From Lentisphaerota bacterium (lineage in GTDB: Bacteria; Verrucomicrobiota; Kiritimatiellia; UBA8416; JAFGTH01), in assembly GCA_016934225.1 (NCBI GenBank), contig JAFGTH010000202.1:1-32924 (forward strand): a DNA stretch of 32,924 nt, written 5' to 3'. Under the pieces are notes generated by a model. It saw nothing but the letters and a program-made list of their open reading frames with translations, ran no database searches and was not told where the DNA came from. The position numbers and the translations under genes are program-made. Positions within the stretch are counted from its first letter, which is position 1. Each line of letters opens with the position of its first letter. Below are positions 8,582 through 17,364 of the stretch, one piece after another.

Positions 8582-9745
8582 ATGACAGAAACAAAGAAAA
8601 GCCCCAACATTGTGCGTTTCGGCATTATAGGTGTCGGCGGAATGGGACAAGGGCATTGCAACGGCATTAAAGACGTTGAAGAAGCCGTCTTAACCGCAGT
8701 TTGCGACACGGATCCTGTTACAGCCGAAAAGGTCGGCACACAACATAACGTGCCGTACTTCACACATCATAAACAAATGATTGACGCCGGTCTTTGCGAT
8801 GCTGTCATTGTGGCAACACCACACCCGGAACGACCCGTTCCCGCCATTGATGCAATGAAAGCCGGCTTGCACTTGATCAGCGAGAAACCACTTTCCGAGC
8901 GAGTGAGCACAGCGGATCAAATGATCGCAACCGCCAAAGAAACGGGCGTCACGTTCGCAATTATGTTCCAGCGACGAATGGAGCCGGCCGCCGCCAAAGC
9001 CATAGAACTTGTGCATAACGGCGCGATCGGAACTATAAGGCGCGCAACATTGATCTCGCCCGAATATCGAAACCAATCTTACTATGACTCCGGAGGCTGG
9101 CGCGCGACATGGAAAGGTGAAGGAGGCGGTGTAATGATGAACCAGTCGCCTCATGTTCTTGATTTGTTCGTCCAGATCGCAGGAATGCCCTCATTGGTCT
9201 ATGGAAATATCGAGACCGCCTTGCACAATATTGAGGTCGAAGATGTTGCCAGCGCCATGCTCAAGTATCCTGAAGGAGGAACCGGTTTCTTCTACTGCTC
9301 CACAAATGAAGCAGGCCCCGGCCAAATGATCGAGATCTTCGGCGATAAAGGAAAACTCGTTTTACGCGACGGACAATTGAAGGTTTACGAATTCCCGGTG
9401 TCTATCCCCGAATTTACAGCCGGCGAACATGACATGTGGGACGGACCTGAATGCAAAGAGGTTCCCATTACGTTAGAAGGCAAAGCGCCGGGACACAGAG
9501 GCGTTATTAGAAACGTTGCACGGCATATTCTCTACGGAGAACCTTTGGTCAGTCCGGGAGAAGAGGGCCTTTATTCGCTAGAATTGGCAAACGCGGTAAT
9601 GCTGTCTTCCTATACCAAGAAACCGGTCAGTCTGCCAATTAACCGAAAAGAATACGACGATTTCCTGCAAGAAATGCGCTCCAAGTCCACATTTGTCAAA
9701 CAAGTCAAACAGATTAAGCGTAAAACCGATCCAAGGCATAAGTAA
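8582..9745 (+). CDS. Gfo/Idh/MocA family NAD(P)-dependent oxidoreductase
   Basis: AAGGAG lies 9 nt upstream of the start. The Rossmann N-terminus is VRFGIIGVGGMGQGH, and the family EKP motif is present (LISEKPLS). Length is 387 aa. Confidence 0.88.
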   Translation: MTETKKSPNIVRFGIIGVGGMGQGHCNGIKDVEEAVLTAVCDTDPVTAEKVGTQHNVPYFTHHKQMIDAGLCDAVIVATPHPERPVPAIDAMKAGLHLISEKPLSERVSTADQMIATAKETGVTFAIMFQRRMEPAAAKAIELVHNGAIGTIRRATLISPEYRNQSYYDSGGWRATWKGEGGGVMMNQSPHVLDLFVQIAGMPSLVYGNIETALHNIEVEDVASAMLKYPEGGTGFFYCSTNEAGPGQMIEIFGDKGKLVLRDGQLKVYEFPVSIPEFTAGEHDMWDGPECKEVPITLEGKAPGHRGVIRNVARHILYGEPLVSPGEEGLYSLELANAVMLSSYTKKPVSLPINRKEYDDFLQEMRSKSTFVKQVKQIKRKTDPRHK

Positions 9746-9835
9746 ACTGCTATATGTCGAGAAGACATAAACGCCGCGTATGACAAATTGCATGCGCGGC
9801 GCATGGTTTGACGGTATGCGAGTTACGTCTTCGAT

Positions 9836-10903
9836 TCAGCGGACCTTCTCACCATGAACTTCGATCTCAAACAACGAAAAACCCCAGGCCGGATTTATTC
9901 TCTTTAACAACCCCAATTTAATGTAACGAGCCTTTGCGCCTTTCATTTCCAGCGCATCCACGCGCTCAGGAAACCCTTCAGAAACCATGACATTCATACG
10001 ACGTATGTTTTTCCAGCTTTTCCCATCGTTCGATATTGACAATGTGTATTGAAGCGCGGAGGCGGCCTCCCAATGAAGCCGCAAATTGGTTAATTTTAAG
10101 TTCTTCTTCAAATCCACTGTTACAACCTGGGGCTCGGAATATTCGCTGGACCATCTAGTCTTTAAATCGCCATCAACCAACATGCTCGGCTCGCCCTCCT
10201 CGCCTGCGCCCTGGTGTGTCGAAGAGACGGATATTCCGGCGCCTATAGCACTGTGAACAACATGGGTCGGATCATCATCTTCAATCGCTGCAACTTCAGG
10301 AATCTCCTTGACCAAATCGCGAAGCGCCTGCTCCGCTTTCTCCGATATCGGGCCGTCCGGAAGCGCATCTCCACCCGGCACGGCAACTTTCTCCGGCATG
10401 TCAGCAGAAACAGATCTTGCTTCCTCATCAGTCTTTGCAACAGGCGTCATACAATCCATATCCACAGTCACAACCGCTTTATACTTGCCGTACTTGTAAA
10501 CTACATTATACTTTCGGCCCAGGGCGACGGCTGAATAAACCGTTCCAGCTGTGAGTACGATCGGGCCTGGACGTATCTTTGTCGGTATTTTTATTCTGAT
10601 AATCCCATCAGGAATTTTCAGCCTGTGATCGGATGTCTCGGCCGAAACATGGCCCCATTCGTCTCTGAACGGAATCAATCCGATATGCATATCATCGTCA
10701 ACCGGAACCAGAATACTGTAACCGGATTTCGTGCGACCCATACACTGGAACTCATCGCCCGGCATTGCCCAACCCAAATAGGCCTTGCAAACAACCGGAA
10801 TCACAATATCACGAAGCGGAGTCAGATTTTTAACAGGCGCGTCACCTGCTCCAAATGTCATGGAACATTGCATAAGGCATAACAGAAAAGCGAAGTTTTT
10901 CAT
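9836..10903 (-). CDS. secreted protein with C-terminal discoidin (F5/8 type C) domain
   Basis: The N-terminal signal peptide is MKNFAFLLCLMQCSMTFGAG. The C-terminus LVDGDLKTRWSSEYSEPQVVTVDLKK...LRLHWEAASALQYTLSISNDGKSWKNI matches the discoidin/F5_F8_type_C pattern. The N-terminal ~200 aa match nothing I recognise. Confidence 0.8.
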   Translation of the reverse strand: MKNFAFLLCLMQCSMTFGAGDAPVKNLTPLRDIVIPVVCKAYLGWAMPGDEFQCMGRTKSGYSILVPVDDDMHIGLIPFRDEWGHVSAETSDHRLKIPDGIIRIKIPTKIRPGPIVLTAGTVYSAVALGRKYNVVYKYGKYKAVVTVDMDCMTPVAKTDEEARSVSADMPEKVAVPGGDALPDGPISEKAEQALRDLVKEIPEVAAIEDDDPTHVVHSAIGAGISVSSTHQGAGEEGEPSMLVDGDLKTRWSSEYSEPQVVTVDLKKNLKLTNLRLHWEAASALQYTLSISNDGKSWKNIRRMNVMVSEGFPERVDALEMKGAKARYIKLGLLKRINPAWGFSLFEIEVHGEKVR

Positions 10904-11085
10904 GCTAAACAGATAAAATCATACGGATCGTTTCTGATCAAGGCCTGAATGACCGAATTTTGCATTTTCGAATGCTATTTCGTCTTGGTTCTTGCGCATA
11001 TACACGGTTGATTGATATCGTATTCCTGATTATAAAATCGGCTTCAGTAAATGTAACAGCTTTTAAGTAAAATTCGGTGGAAAGA

Positions 11086-12150
11086 ATGAAAAAGGTGTTT
11101 GTTTCCGGCTGTTATGACATACTTCATGGCGGTCATATCGAATTCTTCAACCAAGCCAAGGCGCTGGGCGACTACCTCATAATATGCCTGCCTGGAGACG
11201 AATCCCTGTTCCTGCATAAAAGACGACGCCCGTTCATCCCTCTCGAACACAAGGTTCATTTAACAAGCTCGCTGAAAATGGTGGATGAGGTTGTAATCGG
11301 TAATGATCTTGAAATAGGCTTAAATTTCCGCAGCGAGTTCATGCGCATAAAACCACAAATCCTTGCGGTAACCGAGGATGACAAATTTGCTCAGGCGAAA
11401 AAGAAGCTTTGCGCTGAAGTCGGGGCGGAATATGTGCGCCTGCCCAAAAATCTCAGTTATCAACAAATATCCACAACTGAAATATTTCAGAGGCTCCATG
11501 CGCCGCCCGAAGCGCCTGTTCGAATTGATTTCGCAGGCGGATGGTTAGATGTGCCGCGATTCGCCCGACCGGACAGCTATATAATTAACTGTGCGATATC
11601 GCCACTCGTAAGCCTGTATAACTGGGGTTATGAAACCTGTTCCGGATTGGGCGGATCCGGCGCTTATGCGCTCTTGACCGCCAAAGACGGAATTAAGACG
11701 GAACTTGGCAACGATGTCGGATGGCAGGATCCGGCAATAATTCAGGAAACCGGTTTATGCGTCTGGCGATCCGGAAAATTGCCTGTTCTCGATTTCAAAA
11801 CCAATCCGGACTTTTTACGCGGTAAAATGGCTATATATTGGACCGGCAAACCTCATGTAACCAGAAACCTCGCCAATCTTGCGCGCGACTATGACCTGCT
11901 AATAGAAGGAAGCAAAATCGGCCGAGTTGCCGCCCTGACTTCCGATTACAACAAGTTGTGCGAAGCCGTCCGTATTACATACAAGGTGCAGCTCAAAGAA
12001 GGCATGAAAGAGTTGCCGACCTTCGGCGAAAAAGCGAAGAAATATTGCGGCGGTGGACATGGCGGATACGCCGTGTACCTGTTCGATGAACGTCCTTACC
12101 ACAAAGACCTTATACATGTAGAGCCGTACATGAAATCCTTTTTCGGCTGA
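11086..12150 (+). CDS. fusion protein: cytidylyltransferase-like nucleotidyltransferase (N-terminal) + compact GHMP-type sugar kinase (C-terminal)
   Basis: The N-terminus KKVFVSGCYDILHGGHIEFFNQAKALGDYLI has the HxGH motif of the TagD/RfaE-domain-II family. The C-terminal half carries GHMP-like motifs: VRIDFAGGWLDVP, CSGLGGSGAYALL, GWQDPAII and CGGGHGGYAVYLF. The frame is also open from GTG 11077, but ATG 11086 is preferred. Confidence 0.75.
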   Translation: MKKVFVSGCYDILHGGHIEFFNQAKALGDYLIICLPGDESLFLHKRRRPFIPLEHKVHLTSSLKMVDEVVIGNDLEIGLNFRSEFMRIKPQILAVTEDDKFAQAKKKLCAEVGAEYVRLPKNLSYQQISTTEIFQRLHAPPEAPVRIDFAGGWLDVPRFARPDSYIINCAISPLVSLYNWGYETCSGLGGSGAYALLTAKDGIKTELGNDVGWQDPAIIQETGLCVWRSGKLPVLDFKTNPDFLRGKMAIYWTGKPHVTRNLANLARDYDLLIEGSKIGRVAALTSDYNKLCEAVRITYKVQLKEGMKELPTFGEKAKKYCGGGHGGYAVYLFDERPYHKDLIHVEPYMKSFFG

Positions 12151-12212
12151 ACATATCCGGGCGCTTGCCCAACTTCAGTCGCTTTGATTCCAGCTAAAAA
12201 TCACGGTAATTG

Positions 12213-12229
12213 CGGCAATTTCGTTGCCG
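12213..12229 (+). promoter_or_regulatory. candidate sigma-54 promoter / palindromic box CGGCAA-N5-TTGCCG upstream of the NarL-type regulator
   Basis: The sequence is cGGCAAtttcgTTGCcg, with GG at 12214-15, 10 nt, then GC at 12226-27, against TGGCAC-N5-TTGCW. It lies 65 nt upstream of ATG 12293. It is also a perfect 6-bp inverted repeat, so orientation and nature (promoter versus operator) are ambiguous. Confidence 0.35.
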
Positions 12230-12292
12230 AATTCGCCGCCTCATGATAAGCTTCAAGCAAATGGGTTCGGAAAACGCCACAAAGCAAAAGCA

Positions 12293-13006
12293 ATGAAAAC
12301 AAACAGTCATTCATTAAACAATCGAACGACATCGGCAAGCGCCGATTCCCCCGGTAGCGCGCCGGCCCGCATACTCATAGTGGACGATCATCCGATCGTG
12401 CGCCGAGCCGTCCATCATATCATTAAGAAAGAGCCTGATTTGGAATTGTCATGGGAAGCGTCCGATGCAAATGAGGCTATGCATATTCTCGAAACGGAAA
12501 AACCGGATCTAGCCATAATTGATATAAGTCTCAAAGGCCGAAGCGGACTGGATCTCATCAAAGATATGCGCGCTCAGGGACTCAAATGCCCTGTTCTTGT
12601 CCTCTCAATGCATGAAGACACTACATATGCGGAACGATCACTTCGTGCAGGCGCACAAGGTTACGTTATGAAAAACGAACCTCCCCAGATAATAATAGAT
12701 GCGTTACGCAAAATTCGTACTGGAGATATCTTTGTATGTGACAGGATCGCTACGCGCCTCCTTTCCCGCTTCGTGGGACACAAACAAGACACCCAAACGA
12801 CCGACCTATTGAATGTTCTCAGTGATAGAGAATTCGATGTTTTCCAACATATCGGACAAGGGCAAAGCACTCGCGAGATAGCCGCCGAATTGAATCTTAG
12901 CGTTAGTACAATCGAAACGCATAAGTCCAATATTAAGCAAAAACTCAATATTCAGACAGCATCCGCGCTCGCTAAATCTGCTGCAGAATGGCTACTCGGC
13001 AAGTAA
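12293..13006 (+). CDS. NarL/FixJ-family response regulator (REC + LuxR-type HTH)
   Basis: REC features are RILIVDDHP, phospho-acceptor PDLAIIDISL, VLVLSMH and GYVMK. The LuxR HTH reads LSDREFDVFQHIGQGQSTREIAAELNLSVSTIETHKSNIKQKL. The frame is open from TTG 12224, but the first ATG (12293) lies downstream of the candidate promoter and is preferred. Confidence 0.9.
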   Translation: MKTNSHSLNNRTTSASADSPGSAPARILIVDDHPIVRRAVHHIIKKEPDLELSWEASDANEAMHILETEKPDLAIIDISLKGRSGLDLIKDMRAQGLKCPVLVLSMHEDTTYAERSLRAGAQGYVMKNEPPQIIIDALRKIRTGDIFVCDRIATRLLSRFVGHKQDTQTTDLLNVLSDREFDVFQHIGQGQSTREIAAELNLSVSTIETHKSNIKQKLNIQTASALAKSAAEWLLGK

Positions 13007-13227
13007 ACAAGACGTTACGGCAAAACGAAAAGCGTTTCTCGCCATGCCTAAAGTAGCGGAATCCGCTATAGCATGGCGGTAAATCACTCCAGGCTATTAT
13101 AATAGCTTTACCATGATACCGGGCATGAAAAAACTGTCTTATGATTATTTGCGTAATTGACGGGGCTTTATGTGTCTTCGCGTATTTTGCTTATTGTTAG
13201 TCAAGATGCAGGCTGATTGGTTGCACG

Positions 13228-13653
13228 GTGAATAAAGCTATTATATTTGTGATTGAGGATGATCCTTTGGCGCAGGCAGGTATTCGTGCGTTGCTCGATG
13301 ATACCCACGATCTTGCTTTCACTAAAGCCCCCGCTGAATCCGATATTGAACAGAGCCTCTGTGACGCCAAACCTGATCTTGTTCTGTTCGGTTTGCATAT
13401 CACCAAGACACGAAATCAGTTTCTTCTCCGTAAAATTGCGCTGCAATTTCGAGTGCTGGTTTTTTCTGATGAAGATGAAACATTGCATGCCGAAGACACG
13501 CTTCGCGCTGGAGCGCGCGGATATATTATGAAAGAAGAATCTCCGGAGATTCTTCTTAAAGCAATCAGGACAACTCTTGCCGGCAATCTTCATCTCAGTG
13601 ATAAAATGAAATCGCATTTTTTCCAACGCATTGCCGCAAACGGATCCGCATAA
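13228..13653 (+). CDS. stand-alone NarL-like receiver domain lacking the phospho-acceptor Asp (pseudo-receiver)
   Basis: The gene has a GTG start and encodes 141 aa. IIFVIEDDP (acidic pocket), VLVFSDED (Ser at the T87 position) and GYIMKEE (conserved Lys) are present. The phospho-acceptor position reads PDLVLFGLHI, compared with PDLAIIDISL in the neighbouring regulator, so Asp is replaced by Gly. There is no output domain. The stop TAA (13651-53) overlaps the ATG of the next gene. Confidence 0.75.
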   Translation: MNKAIIFVIEDDPLAQAGIRALLDDTHDLAFTKAPAESDIEQSLCDAKPDLVLFGLHITKTRNQFLLRKIALQFRVLVFSDEDETLHAEDTLRAGARGYIMKEESPEILLKAIRTTLAGNLHLSDKMKSHFFQRIAANGSA

Positions 13654-15647
13654 TGCAAAAAACAAAACAAAATAAATCCGGTCACCAAAAAGCGCATCAG
13701 GTAAATGCCTGTCACGACGATCTGTATGCCATTACTGCACGTTATGAAGCCGTCTTGGCCGCAATTCCGGATATAGTCATGGAGACGGATCAAAACAAGG
13801 TCTATGTATGGGCTAACGCAGCGGGCATTGAATTTTTTGGAGATGATGTCATAGGCAAGGAGCCAGCCTATTTCTTTGTCGGCGAACAAGACACATATAA
13901 TTTAGTGGACCCCCTGTTTCAAGGAAATGAGAAGGTTGTCTATGTCGAGAGCTGGCAAAGAAGAAAGGACGGACAAGAACGACTTCTCGCATGGTGGTGC
14001 CGTGTCATGAAAAATGCCAACGGCAATGTCACCGGAGTGCTCTCAACAGCCCGCGATATTACCGATCAATACCGCGCACAAATCAAACTTCGGGAATCCG
14101 AAGACCGAATCCGTAAGATCATGGAGGTGGCTCCCGATGCGTTTTATGTAACGGATATTAATGGAACGATTCTGGACGGAAATGCCGCAGCCGAGAAAAT
14201 AGTCGGATATAAACGCGAAGCTCTTATCGGCAAAAACATATTTGAAGCGAATTTGTTGAGGCCGGAGGATACGACCAGGATCGAGGCCCTCATGGCCCAG
14301 GAGGCCTCCGGTAAACCCACCGGGCCGGACATTTTTGTGATTCACCGAGGCGATGGCGCCATGATCACGGTGGAGTTGCGTGGAACACCTACAATTATCA
14401 ACAACGAGGAAGTGGTGGTATGTTCAATGCGCGATATTTCCGAACAAAAAAGGTTGGAACAGGATCTGTTGGATTCGAATTCGCAACTAAATGAAGCACT
14501 GAACAATTTAAGAGAGACGCAAGACCAGATGCTTCATAATGCGCGCCTTAGCGCCTTGGGACAAATGGCAGGGGGAATTGCACACGATTTTAATAATATC
14601 CTTATGCCTATCGTGGGTCTAAGCAATTATCTTTCATCTTATTCGCATGCTTTAGACAACAAGGAGGAGGCGCTTTCCATGCTGAAACAGATCGAGAGAG
14701 CAGCCAACGATGCAAGAAATATTGTTCACAATCTCAGATTGATTTACAAACCGACTGCTATAGAACCGTTCGAGCGAATAGATGCCGATGCGCTTGTGAC
14801 CAGCGCACTGGACATGACAAGCCCAAAGTGGAAAGAAGAGCGTCAGGCCATAGGCAAACCCATTAACACAAAACTGGTTGCCACGGCCAATCGCACGCTC
14901 ATGGGCAATGAAACAGCGCTACGGCAAGCACTTGTCAATCTCATACTCAATGCTATAGATGCTATGCCGGAATCCGGCACGTTAACCGTATCATCGCGTT
15001 CGGATAATGAACATGTTCTATTGGAAATAACAGATACCGGCATCGGAATGACGGAAGACTGCAAGATAAAATGTCTCGAACCTTTCTTCTCGGATAAAGG
15101 GGTCAAGGGCACAGGAATCGGTCTGGCAATGGTAAATATCGTTGTCAAACAGCACAATGGAACCATTGAAATTGACTCCGAATCCGGAAAAGGCACGACG
15201 GTTCGAATCCGGCTTCCTGCGGATAGTAAAAACAAACTTCCAGAGGCTAAGCCACATTTGCGCCAGTCGAAACCGGCGTCTTCGCGTCTACGCATTCTGG
15301 TTATAGACGACGAATATCTCTCTTGTAGCCTGCTCAGTCGGCTTCTCAGAATAGATTCTCATAGCGTTGAAACAGCCTCATCCGGCAAAGAAGGCATCGA
15401 GAAATTCAAAGATGACGATTTCCATTTGGTTTTCACGGACCGATCAATGCCGGATATGCACGGCGACGATGTGGCAGGAATTATCAAAAAGCTCCGCCCC
15501 GATGTTCCAATAATCATGCTTACAGGATTTGGCGACATCATGAACGAGAAGGGCGAATTACCCGTGTCTGTTGACAAGGTAGCGTGCAAGCCTGTTACCT
15601 TACAGGATTTAAGAGGCTTAATTGCTGAAACTATAAAATCGTTATAG
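13653..15647 (+). CDS. cytoplasmic hybrid sensor histidine kinase (PAS-PAS-HisKA-HATPase-REC)
   Basis: There is no TM segment. Two PAS-like blocks end in ARDITDQ and MRDISEQKRLE. The H-box is GIAHDFNNILMPIVG, the N-box LVNLILNAIDAMPESG, G1 DTGIGM and G2 GTGIGLAMV. The C-terminal REC shows LRILVIDDE, LVFTDRSMPDMHG, IIMLTG and CKP. Confidence 0.92.
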   Translation: MQKTKQNKSGHQKAHQVNACHDDLYAITARYEAVLAAIPDIVMETDQNKVYVWANAAGIEFFGDDVIGKEPAYFFVGEQDTYNLVDPLFQGNEKVVYVESWQRRKDGQERLLAWWCRVMKNANGNVTGVLSTARDITDQYRAQIKLRESEDRIRKIMEVAPDAFYVTDINGTILDGNAAAEKIVGYKREALIGKNIFEANLLRPEDTTRIEALMAQEASGKPTGPDIFVIHRGDGAMITVELRGTPTIINNEEVVVCSMRDISEQKRLEQDLLDSNSQLNEALNNLRETQDQMLHNARLSALGQMAGGIAHDFNNILMPIVGLSNYLSSYSHALDNKEEALSMLKQIERAANDARNIVHNLRLIYKPTAIEPFERIDADALVTSALDMTSPKWKEERQAIGKPINTKLVATANRTLMGNETALRQALVNLILNAIDAMPESGTLTVSSRSDNEHVLLEITDTGIGMTEDCKIKCLEPFFSDKGVKGTGIGLAMVNIVVKQHNGTIEIDSESGKGTTVRIRLPADSKNKLPEAKPHLRQSKPASSRLRILVIDDEYLSCSLLSRLLRIDSHSVETASSGKEGIEKFKDDDFHLVFTDRSMPDMHGDDVAGIIKKLRPDVPIIMLTGFGDIMNEKGELPVSVDKVACKPVTLQDLRGLIAETIKSL

Positions 15648-15671
15648 CGTGTAGTCGTATATGAGCAATAA

Positions 15672-17342
15672 ATGCTGACATTTTTCAAAAACATATCGCT
15701 GGAAAAGACAAGCTGGCGCAGCCGAATGATAGTCGTGTTCGCACTGACGTCCATTATCCCTTTGCTTACTCTAGCTCATTTCGTCCTGGCATATGTCATT
15801 CCGAATGCCGTTACTTCTGAAAATATTATTATAATCGGCTTCTGCAATCTCGTCATTGCAATCGGCGGCTTTTTCATTCTACGAAACATGATCATGGCTC
15901 AAACGAATATCAAAGCGTACCTGGAAAGACTGGCAACGGGCGACTTGGAAAATCAGCTCATTACTAAAAACGGACCTGATTCCGACAGTATCGCGAAATC
16001 TACAAATGCAATTGTCGGCCGCATTCGGAACGCTCACACTCAACTGGAAAAACTCGCCAACACACGTACTTCTGAGCTTGCCCAAGCGAACAAACGTCTC
16101 CAAAACGAATTAGCCGAACGCGCAAACATGGAAAAAGCGCTGAGAGAAAGCAATATGAGACTCTCAGATGCGTTGAGAGATCTTCAATACATGCAGCGCG
16201 AACTCATACAACAGGAGCGCGTCAGCGCACTTGGCCAGATGGCCAGCGGTATCGCTCATGATTTCAATAATGCACTCATGCCTATTGTCGGATTGAGCGA
16301 ACTGCTGCTCGATCAATCCGACATGCTCAATGACAAAAAGGAATTGCGCGTAATACTCAACGATATTCACAGCGCAGCGGTTGACGCTAGAGACATTGTG
16401 CGTCGTCTCAAGGAATTCTACAGGAAAGATGCCGAACCAGATTTTGCGCCGGTAGATTTGAATGAAATTGTGGAAAAAACGATGTTGCTCACCAAGCCGC
16501 GCTGGCAGGAAGAAATGAAAGCGCGCGGAACGCTCGTAACCATCAGTAATAAACTTGATAAAATCCCGTTGATCAACGGACACGCCTCACAGCTTCGTGA
16601 ATTGTTTACGAATCTTATTCTCAATTCCATAGATGCCATGCCCAATGGTGGCAATATTCTGGTCAAATTCTCAATCGAAACAAATTCGCTTGTCGTTGAA
16701 GTCATTGACACAGGCGAAGGCATGACATCAGAGGTCAGAAAACACTGCCTGAACCCTCTTTTCTCAACTAAAGGAACCTATGGTTCCGGCATAGGCCTGA
16801 CTGTTGCAGATAATATCGTCAAGAAACACGGAGGTTCCATTGACGTTTTAAGCGAACCTGGACAAGGCACAACTGTTCGGCTTCGATTTCCTCTGCTTCT
16901 TATAAAAACTCCGGCCGGACAACCGACCGGCGACTCTTCGCAACAAGATCTACTGCATCCGCTGCGTATTCTCGTTATAGAGGATGACTCAAGATCAAGC
17001 TCGCTACTGGAGAAATACCTTTCTGCCAATAATCATGTTGCGGTGACGCAAGCAGCCGGCAAAGACGGAATTGCCTGTTTCAAATCGGACCATTTCGATG
17101 TCGTGCTGACCGATCGCGCTTTGCCTGATATGAGCGGCGATAGCGTGGCGCAATCAATCAAAGAAATCAATCCTGACACGCCGATTATCATGCTCACAGG
17201 ATTCGGAGAATTGATGAAGGATAAAGGCGAGATTCCGGATTGCATTGATATACTGCTCAGCAAGCCGGTAACCTTTGACGAGTTGCATGCCGCAATCCGT
17301 GAGGTTGCAACTCGCTTGAAGAAAGAAACTAAACAACCCTAA
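15672..17342 (+). CDS. membrane hybrid sensor histidine kinase (2 TM-HAMP-like-HisKA-HATPase-REC), paralogue of the preceding kinase
   Basis: Two hydrophobic helices (MIVVFALTSIIPLLTLAHFVLAYVI and IIIIGFCNLVIAIGGFFIL) are separated by only about 8 residues. The H-box is GIAHDFNNALMPIVG, the N-box FTNLILNSIDAMPNGG, then DTGEGM and GSGIGLTV. The REC shows LRILVIEDD, VVLTDRALPDMSG, IIMLTG and SKP. Confidence 0.92.
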   Translation: MLTFFKNISLEKTSWRSRMIVVFALTSIIPLLTLAHFVLAYVIPNAVTSENIIIIGFCNLVIAIGGFFILRNMIMAQTNIKAYLERLATGDLENQLITKNGPDSDSIAKSTNAIVGRIRNAHTQLEKLANTRTSELAQANKRLQNELAERANMEKALRESNMRLSDALRDLQYMQRELIQQERVSALGQMASGIAHDFNNALMPIVGLSELLLDQSDMLNDKKELRVILNDIHSAAVDARDIVRRLKEFYRKDAEPDFAPVDLNEIVEKTMLLTKPRWQEEMKARGTLVTISNKLDKIPLINGHASQLRELFTNLILNSIDAMPNGGNILVKFSIETNSLVVEVIDTGEGMTSEVRKHCLNPLFSTKGTYGSGIGLTVADNIVKKHGGSIDVLSEPGQGTTVRLRFPLLLIKTPAGQPTGDSSQQDLLHPLRILVIEDDSRSSSLLEKYLSANNHVAVTQAAGKDGIACFKSDHFDVVLTDRALPDMSGDSVAQSIKEINPDTPIIMLTGFGELMKDKGEIPDCIDILLSKPVTFDELHAAIREVATRLKKETKQP

Positions 17343-17364
17343 GACAGAAGGAAATGACACCGCC

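Noticed and set aside
12224-12292. A TTG-initiated 5' extension of the NarL-type regulator ORF.
   Set aside because: The extension adds 23 residues with no REC homology and would include the candidate promoter box at 12213-12229. The first ATG (12293) gives a normal-length leader before the REC domain.
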